In this document: positions 42,908-53,366 of the stretch, piece by piece
Position numbering within the stretch: position 1 is the first letter of the stretch
Layout: the number at the start of each line of letters is the position of its first letter
Source: Escherichia coli 042
GTDB lineage: Bacteria; Pseudomonadota; Gammaproteobacteria; Enterobacterales; Enterobacteriaceae
Strand: one strand, 5' to 3'
NCBI RefSeq assembly: GCF_000027125.1
Contig: NC_017626.1
DNA: 64,000 nt
Position numbers and translations under genes: made by a program
Notes under the pieces: generated by a model
Database searches by the model: none
What the model was told of the DNA's origin: nothing
Seen by the model: the letters and a program-made list of their open reading frames with translations, nothing else

Positions 42908-44446
42908 TCAGAACAGCCCCAACGGTTTATCCGAGTAGCTCACCAGCAAGCACTTGGTTTGCTGGTAATGCTCAAGCATCATTTTGTGGGTTTCGCGGCC
43001 AATGCCTGATTGTTTGTAGCCACCAAACGCCGCATGTGCCGGGTAAGCGTGATAACAGTTGGTCCACACGCGCCCGGCCTGAATGCCGCGCCCCATCTTA
43101 TAGGCCAGATTACCGTTGCGGCTCCAGACACCCGCGCCCAGGCCATATTGCGTGTCGTTCGCCAGCTCCAGCGCTTCTTCCATCGTTTTGAAGGTGGTCA
43201 CCGCCAGCACCGGGCCAAAAATCTCCTCCTGGAACACGCGCATATTATTCTGACCAAACAGAATCGTCGGTTCGAGGTAGTAGCCGTCTTTCAGTTCGCC
43301 TTCCAGCAGCTTGCGCCGCCCGCCGGTGAGCACATCTGCGCCCTCTTTTTTACCAATATCAATGTAGTTGAGGATGGTTTCCAGTTGCCCGTGCGAAACC
43401 TGCGCGCCCATTTGCGTCACGCTGTCGAGTGGGTTACCGCTACGAATGCTTTCGACACGGCGGATGGCGCGTTCCATAAAGCGTTCGTAGATAGACTCCT
43501 GCACTAAAGCACGGCTTGGACAAGTGCAAACTTCGCCCTGGTTAAAGGCAAACAGTGCAAAGCCTTCCAGCGCTTTATCGAAAAAGGCATCTTCTTCATC
43601 CATCACATCAGCAAAGAAGATATTTGGGGATTTGCCGCCCAGCTCCAGCGTCACCGGAATAATGTTTTGCGTGGCGTACTGCATAATTTGTTGGCCCACT
43701 TCCGTTGAGCCGGTAAACGCCACTTTGGCGATGCGTTTCGAGGTCGCCAGATATTCGCCAATTTCCCCACCAGCGCCGTTAACCACGTTCACCACGCCCG
43801 GCGGCAGTAAATCACCGACGATTTCCATTAGCAGCAGTACAGAAAGCGGGGTAAGACGTGCGGGTTTCAGCACCACACAGTTGCCCGCCGCCAGCGCGGG
43901 AGCCATTTTCCAGCTCGCCATCAGCAGCGGGAAGTTCCACGGAATAATCTGCCCCACCACGCCTAACGGTTCGTGGAAGTGATAAGCCACAGTTTCGCTA
44001 TCCACTTCACTAATACCGCCTTCCTGCGCCCGAATACACGAGGCAAAATAGCGAAAATGGTCAATTGCCAGCGGCACATCAGCAGCACTGGTTTCGCGAA
44101 TGGGTTTGCCGTTATCCCAGGTTTCAGCGGTCGCTAACAGTTCGAGGTTCTGCTCCATCCGATCGGCAATCTTAAACAGAATCGCCGCGCGATCCTGCAC
44201 CGAGGTATGCGCCCATTTATCTTTCGCTTTATGCGCGGCATCCAGCGCCAGATCGATGTCTCGTTTGCCCGAAGACGCCACTTCGCACAGTAGCTGCCCG
44301 GTCACCGGCGTCAGGTTCTGGTAATAGTCGCCATCGGCAGGGGCTACCCATTCGCCGCCGATAAAGTTGTCGTAGCGGGCTTTTAACTTAAGAGGAAAAC
44401 CATACTCGCCGGGCTGAACACGTGCTGAAGGGGGATTGTTGGTCAT
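42908..44446 (-). CDS. aldB: Aldehyde dehydrogenase B
   Basis: 512 aa from [17 protein letters not shown] with AGGAG SD; ALDH family; track ORF over-extended by 30 codons. Confidence 0.96.
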   Translation of the reverse strand: MTNNPPSARVQPGEYGFPLKLKARYDNFIGGEWVAPADGDYYQNLTPVTGQLLCEVASSGKRDIDLALDAAHKAKDKWAHTSVQDRAAILFKIADRMEQNLELLATAETWDNGKPIRETSAADVPLAIDHFRYFASCIRAQEGGISEVDSETVAYHFHEPLGVVGQIIPWNFPLLMASWKMAPALAAGNCVVLKPARLTPLSVLLLMEIVGDLLPPGVVNVVNGAGGEIGEYLATSKRIAKVAFTGSTEVGQQIMQYATQNIIPVTLELGGKSPNIFFADVMDEEDAFFDKALEGFALFAFNQGEVCTCPSRALVQESIYERFMERAIRRVESIRSGNPLDSVTQMGAQVSHGQLETILNYIDIGKKEGADVLTGGRRKLLEGELKDGYYLEPTILFGQNNMRVFQEEIFGPVLAVTTFKTMEEALELANDTQYGLGAGVWSRNGNLAYKMGRGIQAGRVWTNCYHAYPAHAAFGGYKQSGIGRETHKMMLEHYQQTKCLLVSYSDKPLGLF

Positions 44447-44553
44447 GATCGTCTCCTTGCGGTGTGAGGTATAACAAGGGTAGACGTGACTGGCGAAATC
44501 TTCGCCAGTCGGTAACAGCTTTACGACGGCTATCACGAATTTACGGGCAAGGA

Positions 44554-45849
44554 CTACAGCGGGTAATGTGCGACGTACACGGCTTGCTGGTCATTAATTT
44601 TCTTCTCTTGCGCAAACCCTTCTTTAACAATCGTCCGTAAATCAGCTCGAGCCGTATTATCAGAGACGCCCAGGCTCGCGCTAATTTCAGCAACTGTGTA
44701 CTCTTTCCCCGGATTGGCGAGCATCACATTCAGGAGCGTTACCTGGCGAGGATTCAAGCGTTTAAGCACGCCAGAGCTAAACAGCACACTATCGAATTTT
44801 GCGCTTCGTTGCATAATTTCATCAATATGCTGCTGCCAGTTTTGCAAAGCACGTTTAATGACACCCGCCTGATAATCAAGGAAATAAGTCAGATCCATAC
44901 CATCTGATTCAGTGTACTGGCAGCTGGCGGCATATTTGACCGGTGCAGCATGAAGCAAACGGCTGATGGAAATATATTTAAAGACATCGTAGCCCGATTT
45001 CAGCATATACCAGTAAAACAGTGCCCGACTGGTGCGCCCGTTGCCATCGCGAAATGGATGTTCATGGGCCAGCATAAAATGCAGAATGCAGGCACGGATT
45101 AACGGGTGAATATACCCTTCATGGCTGTTTAACCACTGGCAAACTTTTTCCAGCCGTTCCAGCAACAATGCCGCAGCGGGCGGTTGGTGCACAATATTGC
45201 CGTCATAGTCGGCGATCACAACATCATCTGTTTCACGAAATTCTCCCGGACGATATTTCGCGTCATTGATTCCACCCATACCAATGGCATGTAACTGGCG
45301 AATAAGCGCAGTCGTCAGCGGTTCTGCGAGTAAGTGCGGAATTTCCGCCATCAGCCGGGCATTTCCCGCAATCATATGCTCGTCTTCAGTGCGTGGCGAC
45401 CGCCCTGTTTCCAGCATTTTTCTCGCCACCAGCGTTGTAGTATTCGCACCTTCCAGCTGGGAGCTGGTGATCGGCTCTTCCAGGCGTAACTGGCTTAACT
45501 CGGCTCCGGCCCCGCGTAACCGTTCAGTCTGATCTTTCAGCGCCAGCGCGGTAGCACGTTTGTCGACAAGCTCGCACGCTTCTGCAATCACCGGGGTAAT
45601 GTTGAATCCGGCCTGTTCACCCGCTTCATTGCAATAATTAATTCGTTGGATCGCCGCGTTGCGCGCCAGACGGGTAAGCGTCCACGCCACATCGACGTTT
45701 TCTCCTTTTTTGATGCGGTACTGCAACTCATCAAAAGGTAGATAACGTCCTTTTTCATCGGTAACCCGGTTAAAGCGCAGGTGGGCCTGGAGTTCCTCAC
45801 CCGATAAGTGTGATAAAGGAATAAGTCCGGGAGGTGATTTGATAGCCAT
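44554..45849 (-). CDS. Fic-family protein (class II, internal inhibitory helix) with C-terminal wHTH-like domain
   Basis: 431 aa; canonical Fic active-site motif [12 protein letters not shown]; upstream inhibitory-type motif SSQLEG ([S/T]xxxE[G/N]); C-terminal segment [39 protein letters not shown] resembles a winged HTH. Not in the recalled K-12 aldB-yiaY gene order. Confidence 0.85.
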   Translation of the reverse strand: MAIKSPPGLIPLSHLSGEELQAHLRFNRVTDEKGRYLPFDELQYRIKKGENVDVAWTLTRLARNAAIQRINYCNEAGEQAGFNITPVIAEACELVDKRATALALKDQTERLRGAGAELSQLRLEEPITSSQLEGANTTTLVARKMLETGRSPRTEDEHMIAGNARLMAEIPHLLAEPLTTALIRQLHAIGMGGINDAKYRPGEFRETDDVVIADYDGNIVHQPPAAALLLERLEKVCQWLNSHEGYIHPLIRACILHFMLAHEHPFRDGNGRTSRALFYWYMLKSGYDVFKYISISRLLHAAPVKYAASCQYTESDGMDLTYFLDYQAGVIKRALQNWQQHIDEIMQRSAKFDSVLFSSGVLKRLNPRQVTLLNVMLANPGKEYTVAEISASLGVSDNTARADLRTIVKEGFAQEKKINDQQAVYVAHYPL

Positions 45850-45854
45850 GTGCT

Positions 45855-45935
45855 TATCTCAAAAAAGCGCAATATTGAGATAGTGTATAGCAGGAAAGAG
45901 AAACTATCTCAAAAATCGCAAATTTTGAGATAGTT
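45855..45935. promoter_or_regulatory. Two palindromic operator-like sites upstream of the Fic gene
   Basis: TATCTCAA-N12-TTGAGATA (45855-45882) and perfect 13-bp arms AACTATCTCAAAA-N8-TTTTGAGATAGTT (45902-45935), immediately upstream of the Fic start codon. Confidence 0.5.
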
Positions 45936-45940
45936 TAAAA

Positions 45941-45965
45941 AATGGCTGACAATTAGACAGCCATT
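45941..45965 (-). terminator. yiaY rho-independent terminator
   Basis: Minus-strand reading gives hairpin atggctg-tctaattgt-cagccat followed by TTTTTT. Confidence 0.65.
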
Positions 45966-45978
45966 GTGGGAATGATGA

Positions 45979-47130
45979 TTACATCGCCGCGCGATAAATC
46001 GCCATAATTTCTTCGTGAGTTGCCTGGATCGGGTTAGTAAAGCCGCAGGCATCTTTCAGGGCATTGGTTGCCAGCACTGGAATATCTTCTTCTTTCACGT
46101 TCAGGTCACGCAGGCCTGCCGGGATATTCACTTTCTTCGCCAGTTCACGGATGGCATTGATGCACGCTTCTGCGCCTTCCGCGTCATTTTTGCCTGTCAC
46201 GTTAACGCCCATGGCAGCAGCACAGTCACGCAGACGCGCAGCAGCGACTTTGCTGTTGAACACCTGAACGTGTGGCAGCAGAACGGCGTTACATACACCG
46301 TGCGGCAGATTGTAGAAACCGCCCAGCTGGTGCGCCATCGCATGAACATAACCCAGAGAAGCGTTGTTGAATGCCATGCCAGCGAGGAACTGGGCATAAG
46401 CCATTGCTTCACGCGCTTTAGCATTGCTGCCATCTTCAACGGCTAACGGCAGATTTTCGGCAATCATGGTCACCGCTTTCAGTGCGCAAGCGTCAGTGAT
46501 CGGCGTGGCGGCAATAGAAACATACGCTTCGATAGCGTGCGTTAAGGCATCCATACCCGTTGCGGCGGTCAGTGACTTCGGCATACCGACCATCAGAGAT
46601 GAGTCATTGACAGAAAGCAACGGAGTTACATGTTTATCAACAATCGCCATTTTGATATGACGCGCTTCGTCAGTGATGATGCAGAAACGGGTCATTTCAG
46701 AGGCCGTACCCGCCGTGGTATTGATGGCGATCATCGGCAGCTGCGGTTTTGCAGAGCGGTCAACGCCTTCGTAATCGCGAATATCGCCACCATTGGCTGC
46801 CACCAGCGCAATACCTTTTGCGCAGTCGTGTGGAGAACCACCGCCTAAGGAAATCACGCTATCGCAATTATTTTCTTTAAGTAATTTCAAACCTGCAGCG
46901 ACGTTTTCCGTGGTGGGGTTAGGTTGGGTGCCATCATAAATAACGCTAAAAATATTGCGTTCTTCCAGTGCTTTTTGCACATCACCCGCCATACCCAATT
47001 TCGTTAACATATTGTCAGTGACAATTAAGGTACGGGTAAATCCATAATCTGCCATCATATTCATTGCATCATTCAATGAATCAGCACCAATAACATTCAC
47101 GGAAGGAATAAAAAAGGTTGAAGCTGCCAT
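45979..47130 (-). CDS. yiaY: Iron-containing alcohol dehydrogenase YiaY
   Basis: 383 aa [19 protein letters not shown]...; Fe-ADH family. Confidence 0.93.
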   Translation of the reverse strand: MAASTFFIPSVNVIGADSLNDAMNMMADYGFTRTLIVTDNMLTKLGMAGDVQKALEERNIFSVIYDGTQPNPTTENVAAGLKLLKENNCDSVISLGGGSPHDCAKGIALVAANGGDIRDYEGVDRSAKPQLPMIAINTTAGTASEMTRFCIITDEARHIKMAIVDKHVTPLLSVNDSSLMVGMPKSLTAATGMDALTHAIEAYVSIAATPITDACALKAVTMIAENLPLAVEDGSNAKAREAMAYAQFLAGMAFNNASLGYVHAMAHQLGGFYNLPHGVCNAVLLPHVQVFNSKVAAARLRDCAAAMGVNVTGKNDAEGAEACINAIRELAKKVNIPAGLRDLNVKEEDIPVLATNALKDACGFTNPIQATHEEIMAIYRAAM

Positions 47131-47227
47131 AACACACTCCTGAAAGTGTAAAAAAGGGCGGGCAGCTTACTGAGGATTTTCATTCAAAAATATGATCAGT
47201 ATTATTGATTATCAAAATTAATCTAAT

Positions 47228-47267
47228 AAAAAGCACATTGTATTCATTAAACAATGTGCTTTTTTTA
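47228..47267 (-). terminator. selAB operon rho-independent terminator (bidirectional hairpin)
   Basis: Perfect 10-bp stem agcacattgt / acaatgtgct with 9-nt loop, flanked by A-run and T-run. Confidence 0.7.
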
Positions 47268-47319
47268 AATTCATAAGAATTTTGTATTAATTTATTTTAA
47301 AACTTAATTAATCATTTCC

Positions 47320-49164
47320 TTATTTTTCCGGAAATAATAATGCGTCGCGCAATAAATGATCATTTCCACGACGACGCGTAAAGCCAATGCGGTCAAAATA
47401 TTCCAGAATTTGAATTGCCAGTTTTCGACCAACACCTAAGCGATCGCGGAAATCCGCCGCGCAGGTTGAACCACACTCCTGATCGAGATCGCGGATCATA
47501 TTGGCAAACTCGACAATCCGATCGTTACGGTAATAACGATCTTTAACGATCGCGGTAATAATTCCTTGCTGCGCCGCCTGGCGTAGCGTCAGGCGCATTG
47601 CCTGCTCGTCGGTTCCCGTCTCTTTTGCCAGATCACGCACCCACCACGGCTCGTCACCAAACAGCGGCTCTGCTTTTTGCCAGATGGCCTGCTGCTCTTC
47701 GCTGAAGCCCGCTTTATGATCCGGCAGATGCAGCCAACCGTGATGACTGAGGATGTCGCCGCTTTCGCGCATCTTTTCAATCAGCAACAGTACCAGCGCT
47801 TCATCTTCCATTGGCAACGCCATACGTCGCAGACGTTCGCGCCCAGGACCAGGTTCATCGCGATGTTGCTCATGATAAGTCGCTAATGTGTCGAGAATTT
47901 TCCGCTGCCAGCGGGCGGCAACCGGCGCATTCAACAAGCTATAACCAGCCTGAATATAGCCAGGCTGTTGCAATAGTTCGCGCATCCCTTCGCCGTTGAG
48001 CTGCCGTGCCCAGGCGAAATCGGCAAGGTTAACCGCGCCGCGTTCCAGATGAACAGATAACGCATCGGCATCGCTCTGCGCTCGTGCAAGAGACGCCAGC
48101 CATTGCAGATATTCCGGCTTACGCTTACCGCGACGCGGCGGGTTAAGCATTACCACACGCGCCCCCGCCAGCGTGTTGCGGGCCGAGATATCGCGCAACA
48201 CTAAGCGATCGTTATCCGCCAGCCACAGCGGCGTGTCGAACACCAGCTCGGCAAGGCTATCTTCCAGCAGCGAAACGCGTCCCGTAACGTGGCTGGCGGC
48301 GTGGTGAATATGCAGCGGCTGCCACTGGGTCAGCGGCGTATGGGTTTGAAGCTCGACAATCACCCGCGTGAACGGCTCTGGCGGCACATCGGCAAGCAGC
48401 CAGTCGCCACGGTTAATCTGCTCTTTTTCCGCATCACCCGCGATGTTAAGCGCGATACGCTGCCCGGCATGGGCGGTTTCTGTTGGCTGGTTTTGTGCAT
48501 GCAGCGCACGCACGCGCATCGGTTTATTTACACCAGTCAGCCATAGTGAATCGCCTACCTTCACTTCCCCGCTTAACGCCGTACCGGTGACGACCAGCCC
48601 GGCACCTTTTACGGTAAATGCACGGTCGATCGCGAGGCGGAAACTATGTTGGCTGGCGTGTTCACGTTCTGGTAACTGAAGCAAATGCTCGCGCAGGGCA
48701 TCAATTCCCCGACCTTCGGTTGCTGCGGTGATAAACAGTTTTGCCTCAGCAAAACCGTATTCCCGCAGCACCTCCTTTACCTGGCGTTCAACCTCATCAA
48801 CACGCGCTTCGTCCACGCGATCGGCTTTGGTCAGCGCCACTGTCAGCATCGGGTTACCGGTCAGCTGCAAAATCGCCAGATGCTCACGGGTCTGTGCCAT
48901 CACGCCGTCATCGCACGCCACCACCAACAGCGCGTGATCGATACCACCAACGCCAGCCAGCATGTTGGAAAGAAACTTTTCATGACCGGGTACGTCGATA
49001 AAACCAGGCACACGGCCATCCGGCTGCGGCCAGTAGGCATAGCCGAGATCGATGGTCATGCCGCGCTTTTTTTCTTCCGGCAGACGGTCGGCATTTACGC
49101 CAGTAATCGCCTGCAATAAGGTTGTTTTGCCGTGGTCAACGTGTCCGGCAGTCGCAATAATCAT
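47320..49164 (-). CDS. selB: Selenocysteine-specific elongation factor
   Basis: 614 aa, N-terminal GTPase motifs ([18 protein letters not shown]) and C-terminal wHTH SECIS-binding region. Confidence 0.96.
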   Translation of the reverse strand: MIIATAGHVDHGKTTLLQAITGVNADRLPEEKKRGMTIDLGYAYWPQPDGRVPGFIDVPGHEKFLSNMLAGVGGIDHALLVVACDDGVMAQTREHLAILQLTGNPMLTVALTKADRVDEARVDEVERQVKEVLREYGFAEAKLFITAATEGRGIDALREHLLQLPEREHASQHSFRLAIDRAFTVKGAGLVVTGTALSGEVKVGDSLWLTGVNKPMRVRALHAQNQPTETAHAGQRIALNIAGDAEKEQINRGDWLLADVPPEPFTRVIVELQTHTPLTQWQPLHIHHAASHVTGRVSLLEDSLAELVFDTPLWLADNDRLVLRDISARNTLAGARVVMLNPPRRGKRKPEYLQWLASLARAQSDADALSVHLERGAVNLADFAWARQLNGEGMRELLQQPGYIQAGYSLLNAPVAARWQRKILDTLATYHEQHRDEPGPGRERLRRMALPMEDEALVLLLIEKMRESGDILSHHGWLHLPDHKAGFSEEQQAIWQKAEPLFGDEPWWVRDLAKETGTDEQAMRLTLRQAAQQGIITAIVKDRYYRNDRIVEFANMIRDLDQECGSTCAADFRDRLGVGRKLAIQILEYFDRIGFTRRRGNDHLLRDALLFPEK

Positions 49165-50552
49165 TTCAACAACATCTCCAAAAACCGTTGCTCATCTTCA
49201 AGGCAGCGTAAATCCAGCCACAATCGTCCGTCATAAATACGACCAATCACCGGCACTGGCAATTCACGCCAGCGGGCGGCTAATGACTCAAGGTGGCTAC
49301 CGCGTCCATCATGGGGTGTAAACGTTAATGCGGCGCTCGGCAGGCGATCAACCGGCAGCGAACCACTGCCAATCTGCGAAAGACATGGCATAACCTGTAC
49401 CGCAAACTCCGCGCCGTAATGTGCGGCAAGGGGAGCCTGTAAACGTTGTGCCTGGATTTGAATGACCTCTGCGCTGCGGGTAAGCAGGCGCAGGGTCGGT
49501 AATTTTTCACTCAGAGCTTCAGGGTGTAAATAAAGACGCAACGTGGCTTCCAGCGCCGCGAGGGTCATTTTATCCGCGCGTAATGCACGCTTCAGCGGGT
49601 GGCTTTGCAGGCGGGCGATCATCTCTTTTTTACCAACGATAATCCCTGCCTGCGGCCCGCCTAACAACTTGTCGCCGGAGAAACTCACCAGACTGACGCC
49701 CGCCGCAATCAACTCCTGCGGCATTGGCTCTTTCGGCAAACCGTACTGGCTAAGATCGACCAGCGAGCCACTGCCTAAATCAGTCACCACGGGAATATCC
49801 AGTTCTTTGCCGAGCGCCACCAGTTCCGCTTCATCTATCGCTTTGGTGAATCCCTGAATGCTGTAGTTACTGGTATGTACTTTCATCAACAGTGCGGTAT
49901 TTTCATTCACCGCCTGACGATAATCATTCGCGTGCGTGCGGTTGGTGGTCCCTACTTCGTGTAGGGTGCAGCCTGCCTGACGCATGACATCAGGAATACG
50001 AAACGCGCCGCCAATCTCCACCAGTTCGCCGCGAGAAACCACCACCTCTTTCCCGCTAGCAGTGGCCGCCAACATCAATAACACCGCCGCCGCATTGTTA
50101 TTAACGATACAGGCATCTTCCGCCCCCGTAATACGGCACAGCAGCTGCGCCAGCGCCCGATCGCGATGTCCGCGTCCGGCGTCGTCCAGATCGTACTCGA
50201 GGGTCACTGGCGAACGCATAGCCTGCGCAACGGCTTCCACCGCGGCTTCTGCCTGTAAAGCTCGCCCAAGATTGGTATGCAGCACGGTTCCCGTCAGGTT
50301 GATCACCGGACGCAGCGCACTCTGCGCCTCCTTCGTCAGTCGGGCATCGACTTCTTGCGCCCAGTTTTCACACCATGCGGGCAGCGTCTGGCTGTCACGA
50401 ATCACTTCTCGCGCTTCGTCAAGCATCTGACGCAGCAATTCCACCACGCGGGTGTGACCATAAGTATCACGCAAAGAAAGGAAGGAGCTATCGCGCAATA
50501 AGCGATCAATAGCCGGAAGTTGACTATAGAGGGAACGCGTTTCGGTTGTCAT
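49161..50552 (-). CDS. selA: L-seryl-tRNA(Sec) selenium transferase
   Basis: 463 aa [21 protein letters not shown]...; overlaps selB start by 4 bp. Confidence 0.96.
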   Translation of the reverse strand: MTTETRSLYSQLPAIDRLLRDSSFLSLRDTYGHTRVVELLRQMLDEAREVIRDSQTLPAWCENWAQEVDARLTKEAQSALRPVINLTGTVLHTNLGRALQAEAAVEAVAQAMRSPVTLEYDLDDAGRGHRDRALAQLLCRITGAEDACIVNNNAAAVLLMLAATASGKEVVVSRGELVEIGGAFRIPDVMRQAGCTLHEVGTTNRTHANDYRQAVNENTALLMKVHTSNYSIQGFTKAIDEAELVALGKELDIPVVTDLGSGSLVDLSQYGLPKEPMPQELIAAGVSLVSFSGDKLLGGPQAGIIVGKKEMIARLQSHPLKRALRADKMTLAALEATLRLYLHPEALSEKLPTLRLLTRSAEVIQIQAQRLQAPLAAHYGAEFAVQVMPCLSQIGSGSLPVDRLPSAALTFTPHDGRGSHLESLAARWRELPVPVIGRIYDGRLWLDLRCLEDEQRFLEMLLK

Positions 50553-50649
50553 AGGAAACCTGGCTGATCAAGGCCCTCTCACACGGAGAAGGGCGTTTAA
50601 CATAACCACGGATTGTAACGTGAGATGGGTCAGGAGGACATATCGCGCA

Positions 50650-51258
50650 TCAAGCCTTTGGCGGTTCGGTGCGAGCAAAACTTTCGCGGCTAAACAGGTT
50701 TTCGACCAGTTTGACTAAGTGTGGGCGGTCGACACACCAGCCTGGCGCAACGCGGCGGAAATTGAGATATCCGACGGCACAGGCAATGGCGATAGTCGCC
50801 AGATTGACCGTATCGGTTTTGAGCGTGCCATCGACCAGATATCCTTCCAGCACATCCAGACTGCGGTTGATTTTCTCCCGCTGGCGTAACAATTCATCTT
50901 CAGACTGCTGCGCCGCCGGACGCGCCTGTTCACGCACCGATACCAGCCCGGCATCCATAATGCCATCCGCCAGCGCCTCAATTTTGCGCACCCGCAACGA
51001 CTCCAGCGGATCGCGCGGCAACATCGCCGGAGCGACATTCATTAATTCAATATATTCAGCGATGATCGGCGAATCAAACCAACATTCGCCCTCTTCGGTC
51101 ACCAGCACCGGCACTTTCCCTAACGGGTTAAATTGCGCCACGCCGTTGTCCGCGTTATAGGGCAGTTCATTAATAAATTCGAAAGTTATGCCCTTTTCTA
51201 ACAACAGAATAGAAAGTTTGCGTACAAACGGGCTGGTGTAGCTACCGACGAGTTTCAT
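50650..51258 (-). CDS. yibF: Glutathione S-transferase-like protein YibF
   Basis: 202 aa [28 protein letters not shown]... GST N-terminal thioredoxin fold. Confidence 0.92.
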
Positions 51259-51328
51259 GCCGAGTCCTTTGTGCGAGGAAAAATATCAGTATGGCTCAGG
51301 CTCACGCAAAACACAGGTGATATAAGTC

Positions 51329-52465
51329 TCAATGATCCAAATAAAGATAATGCATCCAACTGGTCATTCTTAGCAGCACCTTCCGCATCACCGAAACATG
51401 GCTGAAATGGTCGGAGTAAACTGCCACCTGGGCGTAAATGCCGTCGGGTAAGGCATCGATATCATCGTTAGGGTCCAGTTCAATGGTTCCCAGCACACCG
51501 TCCGTGCCGGGCACGACCGTTAATGATTGCAATACCCCCTGCGCCTGATAAGAACCGCCTGGCACGACAGGTAAAATACTGGTCAGTTTGCCGTGGAACA
51601 CCTGCCCAGGTAGCGCGTTAAACACCACTTCCGCATCATCGCCGGGTTTCAGACGTAACAGCGAGTTTTGCCGAAATTGGGCGACAATTTGCCGTTTTTG
51701 CTCGGGGATGAAAACCATCACCGGACGCAACGGCAAGGCAGCTGCGTATGTACCTGGGCGGATCAGTACCTGAGTAACGTAGCCATTGCTCGGCGCGCGA
51801 ATGACAGTCTGCTCAAGGTTATATTTTGCTTCAGTAAGTTGCGCTCTTAAGCTCACAATCTGCGACTGCTCGCCGTTAACCATACTGTCGAGCTGGCTCT
51901 GGATCTGCGCCTGCTCCGCCACCGAGCCTTTCACCAGCGCATCCTGCGCGAGGAAATTTTGCCGCGCATCGTCGATGTCACGTTCCGAGAACGGATTCAC
52001 CGCCGCCTGGCTGCCTTTCAGGTAACGTTGATAATTTTTAAACAGACGGTCGCGCTCCGCTGAAACCTGGGTGGTGTTGGCCTGCGCTTCAGTGAGCTGC
52101 GCGCGCAGCGTCTTTATATTATGCGTCGCCGTCATCAGGTCAGCCTGAAGTCTGTCAACTCGCGCCTGGTAACGGACCGGGTCGAGTTTAAAAAGCACCT
52201 CGCCCTTTTGAATAAGCTGATTATTTTTGTCAGTGACTTCAGTAACAATTCCCGTCACCTGTGGCGTGATGGGGATCGCTATCACTGCCTTTTGCGCGGT
52301 AAAAGTGTAAGGGTGATTGTAGTTCATCAACAAAATCAAACCACTCACCAGAAACACGCCTCCCAGCGCCGCCGTCGCCAGCGTCCACTGATTTACCGGA
52401 ATGCGGAAGATTTTAAAGACCGCCCACGCCAGCGCCACGTAAGTTAAAACGATCAATAGATCCAT
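51329..52465 (-). CDS. yibH: HlyD-family membrane fusion-like protein YibH (paralogue of YiaV)
   Basis: 378 aa; by eye roughly three quarters identical to the YiaV ORF at 40898-42034, identical termini (MDLLI... / ...HYLYLDH). Confidence 0.9.
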   Translation of the reverse strand: MDLLIVLTYVALAWAVFKIFRIPVNQWTLATAALGGVFLVSGLILLMNYNHPYTFTAQKAVIAIPITPQVTGIVTEVTDKNNQLIQKGEVLFKLDPVRYQARVDRLQADLMTATHNIKTLRAQLTEAQANTTQVSAERDRLFKNYQRYLKGSQAAVNPFSERDIDDARQNFLAQDALVKGSVAEQAQIQSQLDSMVNGEQSQIVSLRAQLTEAKYNLEQTVIRAPSNGYVTQVLIRPGTYAAALPLRPVMVFIPEQKRQIVAQFRQNSLLRLKPGDDAEVVFNALPGQVFHGKLTSILPVVPGGSYQAQGVLQSLTVVPGTDGVLGTIELDPNDDIDALPDGIYAQVAVYSDHFSHVSVMRKVLLRMTSWMHYLYLDH

Positions 52466-52467
52466 AA

Positions 52468-52830
52468 TTAGATCTCCGGGAACGTGGAATAGTCAGTCTT
52501 TTTCTCGGCGGCGAGTTGATGCTCCAGCCGGGAAATTCGGTCAGAAAGTGCGGCGATTTCCGGGTCAGTCGCTTTCTCCTGCGACGTAACATGTGACTGC
52601 ATACCCCAGCCACGCTCCGGTTGATAGAGCGTCGCCCAGATCCACAGAAACGGCCAGATAACATGCAGAGTAAACAGGCTCACCCAGCCCGCCGTATGAA
52701 TAGCGTCGGCATGGGGATGGTTGCGCTTTTTGGCAATCAGATAAGGGATGTCATGTATCGCGATGATTCCATAAAAAATCACCAGAAAGACGAAGATCAG
52801 CACTCCCAACGCGAAATAGTTTAGAAACAT
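52468..52830 (-). CDS. yibI: Small inner membrane protein YibI (DUF3302; paralogue of YiaW)
   Basis: 120 aa [30 protein letters not shown]...; 2-bp gap to yibH. Confidence 0.9.
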   Translation of the reverse strand: MFLNYFALGVLIFVFLVIFYGIIAIHDIPYLIAKKRNHPHADAIHTAGWVSLFTLHVIWPFLWIWATLYQPERGWGMQSHVTSQEKATDPEIAALSDRISRLEHQLAAEKKTDYSTFPEI

Positions 52831-53046
52831 ATCTGCCTCGGATTCACGTTTATCGGTGTTGTTTTTTGGCTGGCAGCCAGAAGGGAGTCAGGCTGATATT
52901 TTGACAATAATCCGGGTTCGCGATTCTCGCCATAACACCAAAGAATAATTTTAAGAGGTGATGAGTTGCTTAGTTACATAACGATTTCATGACGAAGGCA
53001 TAACATGCTGTAGATCACATCAGGTGAACGCCGTAAGAAAATATCT

Positions 53047-53223
53047 TGTGATTCAGATCACAAAGATTCAACAAACCATCAAAACAAAAATGTGACATCA
53101 CTCACATTTAAATGCCATTTTTAGCGAAAATCGCCGCCTTGTTGCTTTTTTACACAATAGTTTTGTGATGAGCATCACGTCAATTACCTCTCTACCCCCT
53201 ATATTTATGTGACTGATATCACA
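53047..53223 (+). promoter_or_regulatory. Array of four CRP-consensus palindromes in the mtlA promoter region
   Basis: TGTGA-N6-TCACA matches at 53047-53062 (tgtgattcagatcaca), 53091-53106 (tgtgacatcactcaca), 53208-53223 (tgtgactgatatcaca) and near-match 53164-53179 (tgtgatgagcatcacg). Confidence 0.7.
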
Positions 53224-53366
53224 CAAAAGGCCGTCGACTGGACAGTTAACCGATTCAGTGCCAGATTTCGCAGTATCTACAAGGTCCGGCTACCTCTGCC
53301 GCCACATTAACAAAAAACCTCGGGCTTCCAGCCTGCGCGACAGCAAACATAAGAAGGGGTGTTTTT

